Shown: piece after piece, positions 19,098 through 28,960 of the stretch | Numbering within the stretch: position 1 is the first letter of the stretch | Layout of the letters: every line of letters starts with the position of its first letter | Source: a virus | Taxonomy: Duplodnaviria; Caudoviricetes | DNA length: 56,448 nt | IMG/VR virus record: IMGVR_UViG_3300030098_000047 | Span: 1 to 56,448 of that record | Strand: one strand, 5' to 3' | Translations under genes and position numbers: made by a program | Notes under the pieces: generated by a model | Seen by the model: the letters and a program-made list of their open reading frames with translations, nothing else | Told to the model about the DNA's origin: nothing | Database searches by the model: none

Positions 19098-19964
19098 TTA
19101 GTTCTCCTTTGTGTTATCCTCCAATTGAGGCGTGTTTGTTAAAGATGTTTTATCTAATATGTTAAAACCACGACTGTTTGCAAAGTCACTTGGGCAGTGT
19201 GCCCACTTGTCTGCTAGTTTTTCTAACCATGTTATAGTATGATGATGCTCTGGAGCTTTGCCCTCTTTCATCAATTCGTTTTCCCACTGAAGGTACGCAT
19301 ATACTTCAGCTTGTGCTTGCGCTGCAGGAATACCTAGATCAAATAAATAGATCATGTTACCTTCGTCAATGACACCACCTCTAGGTCTTGCACTGTTGAG
19401 TGCTTGCTTCATGCAGGTCATAATGTGATACTTGATTTCTTCTAGCTCGTAGTCTTCTTCTGTTAATTCCTCTTTACCTATCTTTTCCATCAGGTTGTCG
19501 TACTGGTTCGTAAAGAAGTTTAGTTTACGTACTGCACCCTCAACATAACCACGAGAGCTTGCAGCCTGTGCTTGCTTCTCATTTATCTTAATCTCTAGCA
19601 TCTCTTGCTCTAGGGGGTCTGTTTCTTCTAATAGCTTACGTTCTAGCTTCTTTAGTTTTACTTCATCCTTCTTCATCTTAAAGTAAGATTCTTGTAGTGC
19701 AGCCTTAGTTTTATCTATCTCAGCTAAACTGTGCTTGATAGAACGTATAGGTGTAATAGCTGTAACGTCTAATGTTACACTCATCATCTGTGAGTGAGAC
19801 TTGTAGAAGTTGCTTGATGCTTGTCGTATAGCAGGAGCATGTTCTTTGATGTTAGCCAACATAGATTTGTATTCAGGCTTTGACATTGGTAGCTGAATGT
19901 CTATGTCTTGTGTGACCAGTTGTGTCTGATCCTCGTTATAAGTTTTTGATAAGTCTTTTAACAT
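19098..19964 (-). CDS. Hypothetical coiled-coil protein in the tail module
   Basis: 288-aa ORF in operon context. Confidence 0.75.
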   Translation of the reverse strand: MLKDLSKTYNEDQTQLVTQDIDIQLPMSKPEYKSMLANIKEHAPAIRQASSNFYKSHSQMMSVTLDVTAITPIRSIKHSLAEIDKTKAALQESYFKMKKDEVKLKKLERKLLEETDPLEQEMLEIKINEKQAQAASSRGYVEGAVRKLNFFTNQYDNLMEKIGKEELTEEDYELEEIKYHIMTCMKQALNSARPRGGVIDEGNMIYLFDLGIPAAQAQAEVYAYLQWENELMKEGKAPEHHHTITWLEKLADKWAHCPSDFANSRGFNILDKTSLTNTPQLEDNTKEN

Positions 19965-19978
19965 CTTAATCCTTTGTG

Positions 19979-22012
19979 TTATGATACTGCTGCTATAGCA
20001 TAGAATATGTAGTCACCATTAGTAAGACTAGAAGTAGTAGCAAATCCACCTGAGTAAGGATCTATTATATCTGCATTTGTAACTTGTGCTGCATCTGAAT
20101 TTAAAAGATTATACGGATCATTACCTGCAACAATACCGCTAGCATAATCAAATAAATACCAGTCACCTGAACTATCTGTTCTTTTAAGTATTACTAATGA
20201 AGGAGTGTTTCCTGAAAAACCACACGCTACATTTGTAGCTCCACTTTGAGTGAATGAACCAACCTTGGATACACCTGCTAGGGTAGCGAACAGGTAGGCT
20301 ATTGGTGAATTTGCAGGGTTTGACACAAGACTAACATTTAAGTCGGTGGCTGTTGTACTTGCCATATAATTAGTGCTGCCTGATGTAGCATTATTACTAT
20401 CTATCGTTAAAACACCTGTTGTTGCGCTGTTGTATACATACCAAGAATCTGAAATATCTCTGTATTTCAAAATAACTAGATCTGGTTTGACCCCTAGATT
20501 ATGCTTGACTGAACTAAGGCTTCCTGATGCCCCTGTCCATGCAACTACATCAAAAAAACCTCTGGCTCTTTTCCACATCCAAGCAGAAAAAACAGGATTT
20601 GCAGAAAATGGATCCCACGCCCCATTCATATAATCCCAATTAAAAGCAGAGTTACTACTTTCTGCATCGGCTGAGTTTAGTTTTACTCGGTTCGTACCTA
20701 CCAATCTAGCATTAGTTAACCAATCTTGAGTGGCTGTAGATTGTCTAGAAAAAATAAAATCAGTAACAAAACCTGATATAAAAGCAGGACCAGTACCTGA
20801 ACTTGATTGCACAGTGTCAATAGCAAACACATCAGAAGCTGCAGTTGGGGTTTGCATACCACCACGTCTAATTGCCATGTAGATGTATGTGCCGTTGTTC
20901 TCATTATATGCAGTAGCAGACGATGCTAACTTAAAGCCAGTTGGGGTTACTTCAATAAAATCAAAACCATCATCGCCATTCTCTAAATTAGGATATAAAC
21001 GTACATCATTTCCTCCAGTAACTAATCCTCTCATGGTATCAACTATATTCCATTGACTTGTGCTGTCTATTCTTTTTTGAAAAATAAATTGAGGCTCAAA
21101 GCCAAGGTTTATAGTTGGTCCATTATCAGCTCCATTACCAGTATAACTCCCACACTTAATTATATCCTGATCTCCAGATTCACCAAACCCACCGTCATCA
21201 TCGTTGTGTGCAAAAATGTAGGCAATGTAATTTACTCCACTATCATTTGCAGAATAAGAGGGATTTCCTGCTTTAGAAAGCGTAATAGTACTACCAGAAA
21301 CGTGATCTACGCCATTTGCTAAATTAGCCTCTGCACCAGTGTTATTTAATCTTAGTATTTTACCAGTAGAAGCAGACCTATGATAAACTTGCCAATCTTC
21401 AGTTTCATTTAAACCTTTTATTAAAACCATACCAACATTACCACCTATATTGTGAGATAATGTTCTTGTACTTTCTCCATCTCCTGACCATGTTTGAATA
21501 TCAAAAAACTTAGGGGCTTTGCGAAATGTCCAAGAGACATATTCAGTAGATCCAGTACCATAATTTATTGAGTGATTGTTTCCTACTGTAAAGCCATTTG
21601 CATTAAATTCAAATAAAGATGAAAAACCGCCATATTGTGGAAATTGCTGACTTGTTCGTAAATACTTATCATCACCTCTAACAGTATCAAATAAAATATG
21701 ATTAGGAAGACCTGCTCCGTCACCTGGGTCTGTTCTGCCTTTAAGCCAAACCAAACCGCCTTCGTTACTAAGGTCAATGCCGTTGGTTATCGTTTGTTCA
21801 GACCCTGTTCCAGTATACAAATAAGTTTGAAACAAATTATCAACAAAAGAAGCAGGGTTAACGTTACCTGTAGTAGGCCAATTACCACCTTTGATAAGAT
21901 CTAATGCTTCATTGATATCCCACACACCTGATGCTGCACTGTTTTGAAAAGCTCCATCAGGTACTACTTTACTAGCAGATATAACATTAGCTGTGAAGTC
22001 TCTAGTTGTCAT
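19979..22012 (-). CDS. Tail fibre/spike-like protein with repeated beta domains
   Basis: Repeated YTGxG / P.xVxxK...W..D modules; N-terminal SGVW..WP motif. Confidence 0.7.
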   Translation of the reverse strand: MTTRDFTANVISASKVVPDGAFQNSAASGVWDINEALDLIKGGNWPTTGNVNPASFVDNLFQTYLYTGTGSEQTITNGIDLSNEGGLVWLKGRTDPGDGAGLPNHILFDTVRGDDKYLRTSQQFPQYGGFSSLFEFNANGFTVGNNHSINYGTGSTEYVSWTFRKAPKFFDIQTWSGDGESTRTLSHNIGGNVGMVLIKGLNETEDWQVYHRSASTGKILRLNNTGAEANLANGVDHVSGSTITLSKAGNPSYSANDSGVNYIAYIFAHNDDDGGFGESGDQDIIKCGSYTGNGADNGPTINLGFEPQFIFQKRIDSTSQWNIVDTMRGLVTGGNDVRLYPNLENGDDGFDFIEVTPTGFKLASSATAYNENNGTYIYMAIRRGGMQTPTAASDVFAIDTVQSSSGTGPAFISGFVTDFIFSRQSTATQDWLTNARLVGTNRVKLNSADAESSNSAFNWDYMNGAWDPFSANPVFSAWMWKRARGFFDVVAWTGASGSLSSVKHNLGVKPDLVILKYRDISDSWYVYNSATTGVLTIDSNNATSGSTNYMASTTATDLNVSLVSNPANSPIAYLFATLAGVSKVGSFTQSGATNVACGFSGNTPSLVILKRTDSSGDWYLFDYASGIVAGNDPYNLLNSDAAQVTNADIIDPYSGGFATTSSLTNGDYIFYAIAAVS

Positions 22013-22968
22013 TAAGCTATACCTCCATGTGCAGAAGATGTTGCAGCAGAAAATCTACGGCCTTCAACTCCATTTCCAAAATCTGTGGCATTGCCTGTTG
22101 AGGCTATTGTAACAGATTCTATAGTATCTATATAATAGTTTTCTCCTGCTTCTCTACCATTTAGAAACAAGCCTTGCGTTTTATTTGCTGTGGCAGTAAG
22201 CGCATATCTAGCAGCAGTTAAATCACCAAAGTCTGTTGTATTTCCTGTTGAAGCTATGGTTATGTACTGAATTACATTTGAAGCACTAGAAGGTATACCA
22301 CCTCCAAATAGTCCTCTTGTAGAACCTGCACATGCAGAAAGTTGTTGAGTAGCTGCAACTAAGTTACCAAAATCTGTAACATTACCTGTGCTACCTATTG
22401 TTACATATTCCATTACATCTAAATTAGAACCAGAGTTTCCACCACCAATTACAGCCCTAGTTGCACTAGCTAATCCTGACACATAGTTTTTAGATGCACT
22501 TGCATCTCCAAAGTCTTGTGCGTTACCTGTGGAAGCTATTGTTACGTAATCTATTACGTCACTGTTTGCACTACCTGTATTTCCACATGCTGTAAGACTA
22601 CGTGTTGAACTTGATGCTCCTGCTGCACTTCCCCTAGCTACTGTTAAGTCTCCAAAGTCAGCAGTCGTACCTGCACTAGCTATAGTAACATATTGTATTA
22701 CATTATGCCCACTGCCACTAGGATTACCACCAGAAAATAAACCTCTAGTTGAAGAGCCTGATCCTGCAGGTTCTCTTGCACCAACTCCTACATCACCCCA
22801 GTCAGTTGCATTTCCACCACTACCAAAATTTACTGTATCTATTGTGGCAGAGTCATTTGTTGCAGATGTTGTACCCATGCCAAAAACAGCAATGTCTGGA
22901 GGACTAGGCCAATCTGAAGCATACTGTATCTGTGTTGTGAGTGACCACACGCCATTATAGTTAGGCAT
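22012..22968 (-). CDS. Beta-propeller-like repeat tail protein
   Basis: About 7 repeats of YVTIASTGNATDFGDL...STRGLFGGG. Confidence 0.7.
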   Translation of the reverse strand: MPNYNGVWSLTTQIQYASDWPSPPDIAVFGMGTTSATNDSATIDTVNFGSGGNATDWGDVGVGAREPAGSGSSTRGLFSGGNPSGSGHNVIQYVTIASAGTTADFGDLTVARGSAAGASSSTRSLTACGNTGSANSDVIDYVTIASTGNAQDFGDASASKNYVSGLASATRAVIGGGNSGSNLDVMEYVTIGSTGNVTDFGNLVAATQQLSACAGSTRGLFGGGIPSSASNVIQYITIASTGNTTDFGDLTAARYALTATANKTQGLFLNGREAGENYYIDTIESVTIASTGNATDFGNGVEGRRFSAATSSAHGGIA

Positions 22969-24185
22969 TACTGAAGTCCTCCACTAGCATTGCAAGAAGC
23001 ATTTACTGCATACCTCGCTACAGTAAGATCACCAAAGTCTTGTGCGTTACCAGTGGATGCTATTGTAATATAGTCCATAGTATTTGTTACAGGGCCTCCT
23101 AATCCACCCCCAAAAATGCCTCTTGTATTTGTGCTTGCACCATCAAAATAATGTCTTGCTACAGTAAGATCACCAAAGTCAGTCGCATTGCCTGTGGAGG
23201 CTATAGTAATATAGTCTAAAGTATTTTGAGCACTGCTAGTATAACCACCACCAAAAACACCTCTAGTTGAAGAGTTTACTGCACCATTACCATATCTAGC
23301 TTGTGTTAAATCACCAAAGTCGGTTGCATTGCCTGTGGAGGCTATTGTGACATAATCCATCATGTTTGAATTGCCTCCTGCATCATAGCCACCCCCAAAA
23401 ACAGCTCTGGTTGGGCTTGCAACACCTCCTGAAGCATAAGCAGTTGCTACTGTTCTATCTCCAAAATCTGTGGAATTACCTGTAGAAGCTATAGTAACAT
23501 ATTCAATAACATTTGAATAACTAGGAATAAGACCACCTGCAACTAATCCTCTGGTTGCATTAGAAGCACCAGAACCATTTCCAGTAGCAGCGAGTAAATC
23601 ACCAAAATCTGTAGCGTTTCCAAGAGTTGCATATGTAAAATATTCAATTATGTTTACATAACCACCGCCTGATGGTGCGCCCCCTCCTACAACACTTCTT
23701 GTTGTCGATCCAAAAGCTCCTGAAATATAATGACGAGAATTACTTAAATTACCAAAATCTGTAGCGTTTCCAAGGGTTGCTGGAGTAATATAATCAACTG
23801 TATCTAAAGAATTTCCTGTTGTTATTTCTAGACCACCGTAGAATAAAGCTCTAGAGGCAGCAGGACTAAAACTAGAACTAGCTTCACTAGGGGCAGATGT
23901 ACCGTAAGCGTTAATAGCCCACACTTTAGCGGTGTAAGACGTACCATTAGATAAACTACTTACAACAATAGGAGAAGATGTGCCTGTGTTAGAACCTGCA
24001 CTATAGTTATCACCACTTGAAGAAACCTGTGCAACAAACCCTGTAATAGCAGATGTACCTGTATCAGTAGGTGCAGTAAATGCTACACTTACCTGTGCAT
24101 CACTTGCAGTAGGTGTAACATCTGTAGGTGGATCAGGTGCATCTAATCCATCAGTGCCTATAAAACCACCGTTGTATCTGGGCAT
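22968..24185 (-). CDS. Fibronectin type III domain plus beta-propeller-like repeat tail protein
   Basis: FN3 pattern (APDPPT..V.F.AP...L.NG.SYT.KVWA.N.YG.S.PS) followed by the same ~45-aa repeats as 22012-22968. Confidence 0.75.
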   Translation of the reverse strand: MPRYNGGFIGTDGLDAPDPPTDVTPTASDAQVSVAFTAPTDTGTSAITGFVAQVSSSGDNYSAGSNTGTSSPIVVSSLSNGTSYTAKVWAINAYGTSAPSEASSSFSPAASRALFYGGLEITTGNSLDTVDYITPATLGNATDFGNLSNSRHYISGAFGSTTRSVVGGGAPSGGGYVNIIEYFTYATLGNATDFGDLLAATGNGSGASNATRGLVAGGLIPSYSNVIEYVTIASTGNSTDFGDRTVATAYASGGVASPTRAVFGGGYDAGGNSNMMDYVTIASTGNATDFGDLTQARYGNGAVNSSTRGVFGGGYTSSAQNTLDYITIASTGNATDFGDLTVARHYFDGASTNTRGIFGGGLGGPVTNTMDYITIASTGNAQDFGDLTVARYAVNASCNASGGLQ

Positions 24186-24197
24186 TACTAATTACCT

Positions 24198-24560
24198 TTA
24201 GTCTACTAGAAGTTCGTAACTAACCAAGTATGTTAGATCACTGTTAGCAGAAGCTGTAACAGCGAGTAGATCTGTTTCGTCTAAATAAAATCCATTGTCT
24301 TTACCTACAACAACTAGAGTTGCATCAGCAGGTACAGATATTGTATTAGCTATCTTAACATAGTTTGATCCGTTATCTACACTTACCTCAACGGTAATGT
24401 CAGCAGCATTTGTACCATCTATGTTTGATATCATTAGTGTGTTTATTTTTGCACAGTTTTCTGCAGGTACATCAACGATGTCTGCTCTACTTGTTGTAAC
24501 TGCACCAACTGCTACCTTTGGAGTAATAGTTGCTACATTAATTATATTTGGGGTTGCCAT
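24198..24560 (-). CDS. Small virion beta-sandwich protein (tail-associated)
   Basis: MATPNIINV..NIDGTNAADITV..ISVPADATL..SYE; follows the tail fibre gene. Confidence 0.65.
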   Translation of the reverse strand: MATPNIINVATITPKVAVGAVTTSRADIVDVPAENCAKINTLMISNIDGTNAADITVEVSVDNGSNYVKIANTISVPADATLVVVGKDNGFYLDETDLLAVTASANSDLTYLVSYELLVD

Positions 24561-24574
24561 TTGCTTTTACCTTT

Positions 24575-27220
24575 CTATCCAAATACTATTGCCATAGCAA
24601 TGGCAAATCCTTTAGTGGCAGCACTACCTGCAGCGTAAGTTTTTACGTCTGATGCAGGAATAGTTTTCATTGTGCCATTATCATTTACTATAAAACCGTC
24701 AGCATCTGCTAACGTTATTGAACTACCAACAGAGGTATCACCATCTAGTAAATTTAATTCCGATGCAGTTGCTGTAGCACCGTCAAGTATATTTAACTCT
24801 GCAGCAGTAGAAGTTACAGCAGTTCCGTTTATTGCTAGTTTATCTGTGACAACATTGAACGTACCATTGTCTTCAATCCTAGCTACCTCTGTTCCATCTC
24901 TTTGTTGAAAGATAAGATCTTTAGCATCTACAACAGGTCTGATAATTACATCACTAGAAGAGTTAGTGATTCTAAGTACCTCAGTTCCACCGTCTTGAAA
25001 CTTAAAGTCACCACCGTCTGCATCAAGTATTATATCACCTGCAACGTCTACTGTCAAGTCTCCTGATGATAAATCTATTTCTGTTCCGTCAATAGTAATA
25101 TTATCTACAACTACACCTGCGTTGGCTGTAACTACACCACCAACAGCTAGAGTAGATGCCATGTCAACAGCACCATCAATATCAACAACATCTAAGTTAG
25201 CTGTGCCGTCTACATCAATGTCACCACTAATATCTAAAGATGCAGCAATAAGTTGATCTACCTGTAAGTCTTCGTGATTAGAACCTAACTTTAACTCAAA
25301 CTTTGGACCTGTAGTGTTATAGGTAAATGTAGCATCGTCACCACTACCACCCTCTATTGTAATACCTGCACCGTTGACTACGGCAGATGTGCTGTTGTTA
25401 CTATCAAGAACAATATTATGATCGTTAAGAGTTACAGTGGTAGAGTTTACTGTAGTGGTTGTACCTGATACAGTTAAGTTACCTTCTATTGTTACGTTAG
25501 CACCACTAAATGTCATAGCAGATGTAGTGCCTGATTTTATAACAAGTTCTCCACTGCTGTTAGTGAGTCCACCATAAGTTGTGCCACCGTCTTTTAACAG
25601 AACGTCTGCACCATCAGCGTCAAGAGTAATATCTCCTGCAGAGTCTAGAGTTATTGTAGAGCCTGTTATATTTGTTATTACAGGATCTGTAAGTGTTTTA
25701 TTTGTTAGGGTATCTGTCGTAGTCTTACCCACTAAAGTATCTGTGGTAGCAGGTAATGTTAGTGTTATGTTTCCACTAAATGCTGAGTGAGCAGGAGCTT
25801 GTAGTTGAGCATAGTGTGCGTTAGAAGCCTCACAGTAAAATCTAACATATGATTGTGCTCCAGAGTTTTTAATAGAAATAGCACCTGACTGCATATCAAT
25901 ACCGTTAGAACCATCTATTCTAACAACACCTGAACCATTTGGTGTTATAGCAATATTACCATTAGATGCAGAAACAATACCGTTACCATTAACATCTAAG
26001 TCACCACCTAATTGTGGAGTGCTGTCTTCTACTACGTTAGAGATAGCAACACCACCAACAGCAAGACCTGATACTATTGTACTACGTGTAATCTTTTTAA
26101 GACCACCACCAGATGTATCTACAGCAAGAAACACGTCATCGTTAGCTACAGTACTAATCTCAGATAAATCACCTACAGCCGTAGGATTAAAGTTTGTACC
26201 ATCTGCAATAAGAAGATGTCCTGAGGTATTTGTACCCATAGTTAGATCATCACCACTGATAGTGAGATCACCTGCAAGTGTAAGGTTTCTTATACCTGTA
26301 TAATCTTTATTAGCATCTAGTATAACAGCTTTAGAGTTAATAGCTGTACCTGTTCCTGTAGAACCTAAGTCAAGAGCGTTGAGTTCACCTACAACTGCTG
26401 TAATACCATCTAAAGTATTTATTTCTGCAGTAGTAGCAGTAACACCATCCATGATGTTAAGTTCAGCAGCAGTTGCACTTATAGCTGTGCCGTTAAAGTT
26501 TATTGCATCTGCGTGAAGTGTACCATCAAAAAAACCATCCTTAAACTCAAAGGAGCTAGAACCTAAGTCTACATCGTCATCTGTTGTAGGAAGTATTGAT
26601 CCGTTGTTAAACGTAACCTGTGTCTCACCACCTGCAGTAACTGTAATTACATCAGAGCCACTGAAAGCTATACTTGTGTTTGAATCTGCGTCACCTGAAA
26701 TACTATCTAGTTGTACAGCACCTACGTTAGATAAAGCAGCATCGCCAAAGTCTACAGCACCTGCAACGGTAAGAGTTCCTGATACATCTACATTACCATT
26801 TATATCAACAGTGGTAGCAGCAATTTGTATCTCTGTATCTGCAACAAGATCAAGTTGACCATCAGCACTAGAGTTTATAAATATAGCTGTGTCACGAAAC
26901 TGTATCTTTTCGTCAGATGCTATTAAAATATCATCAGAAAACTCAAAGTAGTCTTCATCCTCCATCCATTTTAATTCACCGTCATTAGTCTCGCCATCAA
27001 AGGTTACAGTAATATCTGAACCTGCTGTGGCATCACCTATGGTAATACTTGTACCTAATAGTTTAGTAATAGGCCCACCCTCTGCAGCCGTACCATCGTG
27101 AGTGTGTCCTGTGCTTGCTGCAAACGCAGCTAAGAGTTGATCATATTCATTGTTGAACAGATCGGCAGTAATAACATCACCGTCTGTAAAACTAGATTGT
27201 CTCGTGTATGTATTACCCAT
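24575..27220 (-). CDS. Main tail fibre protein
   Basis: N-terminal YTRQSSF.DGD.I.A..FN.EY..GHTHDG anchor, TAAELNIxDG repeats, DSTPQLGGDLD, TLTNKTL and C-terminal GFAIAMAIVFG. Confidence 0.85.
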   Translation of the reverse strand: MGNTYTRQSSFTDGDVITADLFNNEYDQLLAAFAASTGHTHDGTAAEGGPITKLLGTSITIGDATAGSDITVTFDGETNDGELKWMEDEDYFEFSDDILIASDEKIQFRDTAIFINSSADGQLDLVADTEIQIAATTVDINGNVDVSGTLTVAGAVDFGDAALSNVGAVQLDSISGDADSNTSIAFSGSDVITVTAGGETQVTFNNGSILPTTDDDVDLGSSSFEFKDGFFDGTLHADAINFNGTAISATAAELNIMDGVTATTAEINTLDGITAVVGELNALDLGSTGTGTAINSKAVILDANKDYTGIRNLTLAGDLTISGDDLTMGTNTSGHLLIADGTNFNPTAVGDLSEISTVANDDVFLAVDTSGGGLKKITRSTIVSGLAVGGVAISNVVEDSTPQLGGDLDVNGNGIVSASNGNIAITPNGSGVVRIDGSNGIDMQSGAISIKNSGAQSYVRFYCEASNAHYAQLQAPAHSAFSGNITLTLPATTDTLVGKTTTDTLTNKTLTDPVITNITGSTITLDSAGDITLDADGADVLLKDGGTTYGGLTNSSGELVIKSGTTSAMTFSGANVTIEGNLTVSGTTTTVNSTTVTLNDHNIVLDSNNSTSAVVNGAGITIEGGSGDDATFTYNTTGPKFELKLGSNHEDLQVDQLIAASLDISGDIDVDGTANLDVVDIDGAVDMASTLAVGGVVTANAGVVVDNITIDGTEIDLSSGDLTVDVAGDIILDADGGDFKFQDGGTEVLRITNSSSDVIIRPVVDAKDLIFQQRDGTEVARIEDNGTFNVVTDKLAINGTAVTSTAAELNILDGATATASELNLLDGDTSVGSSITLADADGFIVNDNGTMKTIPASDVKTYAAGSAATKGFAIAMAIVFG

Positions 27221-28960
27221 CTAACGTCTTGCTCCTACTTGATATTCTAATTGAAACCCTTTTAGGGAATATGGTGCTGTTTCGCCACCATCTTTAATTC
27301 TTAATGCAACAGAAAAACCTGATCCTTCTACTGACTGTCTTACAAGTGGTTGTGAAGGTCCACCAAAAACAAATTGTACTGCACTTCCGCTAGTGCTAAA
27401 AGTAGCTGAACCAAATAATGCAGCTACGTCTGAAGTATCTAATGCATAAGGAGCAGGTCTTGCTGAGTCTGTAGATTCGTTATCATATAACACTAACAAA
27501 TCTGCATCAATAGCTGACTCAGGTTTGTAATTAAGGATAACTCTTTGCATGTGTTTTCTAACACCAGTATCTCCAAAACTTAAATCTGGACTTCTATATC
27601 TTCCTAGTATTGATGTTCCATCAAAGGTATTACCTCTTTCCTGTCTGTGTACAAAACCTGAAAAATCACCATGTAAAACTCTAACATCTCCATCAACAAC
27701 TAAAGTATCTGTAGCTGAAGGTTTTACCCCTCGTATTTCAGAAAACTCAAATTTATCTGCTCTTCTAACACAAATAATACCTTGCGTTATTTTTTCACCT
27801 TGACCTACTTTTGAAAAGAATATTCTATATTGTGTTTTGTCTGGTATAACTACACTTTCAAATACTGTAGAGTCTTTAATGTTAGCATCAAAAATAGATT
27901 GTACATTTTGTGTAATAGCACCAAGAGCCGTATCACCAATCCTTGCAGTAGCAGCAACAGTCCTGAGTCCATCAGGTCCAAGAAATAATAAGTCACCTGC
28001 AAATTCTTGTATAGTGTCTTTATTTACACAACCAATATCTCTAGTAACTGGTTGTATAGCAAAGTCACTAAGAGTAGATCCTGTCATTTTAAATATTCTG
28101 TTTTCACAAAATATAAATAAAGAATCCCTAAATACTTTTAGTCCAACAATATTATCATCTACTTTAATAGTTCCTGCACCGTCAGCAGATTGAAAACCAT
28201 CCTCATCAAAAGGTTCACTAAATACTAAAGTTTGTGGTGTGCTAGACTTACCTGCATAAAACATATGGTTTTTAAAAACTACAACTATAGAAGAACCTTC
28301 TACAGAACTTTCACTGACATCTGTTGCTGATAAAGAAGAGTTAAATATAGTTGGAGCATTTGCACCATCAACAACTATGATCTTTTCATTACCGTCAAAA
28401 TTGTATCTTTCAAAACTATATTTGTCTGCATTAGTTCTACCAGTATCTCTTTCAGTCCAAGACTCTGAAACAGCATCGTCAACAGCGTGATCAGCAGCAG
28501 TTGTACTTGATGTAGCACGAGTTACACCTGTAAAAGCACTTGCAGTAACACCAGTGTATGTAAATAACTCATCATTAATTTGCAGTGTACCACTAGAAGA
28601 AAAACCTGTTGTTGAGTCTACATTTAAAGTTCCAGATCCTGTCATACCTGTACCAGATGTAACTTTATTTGTAAGTTCAGTAGAGGCAGAACTAAATATT
28701 TTTTCACCTCTAGCTGCTATTACTTTATCTGCAAAGTTAGCAACCATTAGTATTCTTTCACCAGAACTAGATGTTTGAGGCACTTGCTGGTTTACATATT
28801 TACGAAAACCATTTATTCTTCTATAGCCACCTTCAATATCAGGCTCAAAGTTTTCTAACTCTAATGCTTCACCAGGTTGCATTAAAAATGTAGAACGATT
28901 TAAAACTAAACCACCTTCACAGTTAAATGCTGCAGGTTGTGCTTGAGATAGATCTGGCAT
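27221..28960 (-). CDS. Tail tubular protein B / nozzle-like protein
   Basis: Beta-propeller character (LFIFCENRIF, IGCV..DTIQE..GDLLFL..DGLR); follows the adaptor gene. Confidence 0.7.
   Translation of the reverse strand: MPDLSQAQPAAFNCEGGLVLNRSTFLMQPGEALELENFEPDIEGGYRRINGFRKYVNQQVPQTSSSGERILMVANFADKVIAARGEKIFSSASTELTNKVTSGTGMTGSGTLNVDSTTGFSSSGTLQINDELFTYTGVTASAFTGVTRATSSTTAADHAVDDAVSESWTERDTGRTNADKYSFERYNFDGNEKIIVVDGANAPTIFNSSLSATDVSESSVEGSSIVVVFKNHMFYAGKSSTPQTLVFSEPFDEDGFQSADGAGTIKVDDNIVGLKVFRDSLFIFCENRIFKMTGSTLSDFAIQPVTRDIGCVNKDTIQEFAGDLLFLGPDGLRTVAATARIGDTALGAITQNVQSIFDANIKDSTVFESVVIPDKTQYRIFFSKVGQGEKITQGIICVRRADKFEFSEIRGVKPSATDTLVVDGDVRVLHGDFSGFVHRQERGNTFDGTSILGRYRSPDLSFGDTGVRKHMQRVILNYKPESAIDADLLVLYDNESTDSARPAPYALDTSDVAALFGSATFSTSGSAVQFVFGGPSQPLVRQSVEGSGFSVALRIKDGGETAPYSLKGFQLEYQVGARR

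Noticed and set aside
19979-24185. Diversity-generating retroelement acting on tail genes
   Set aside because: No reverse transcriptase, and no TR/VR pair with adenine-specific differences was seen.
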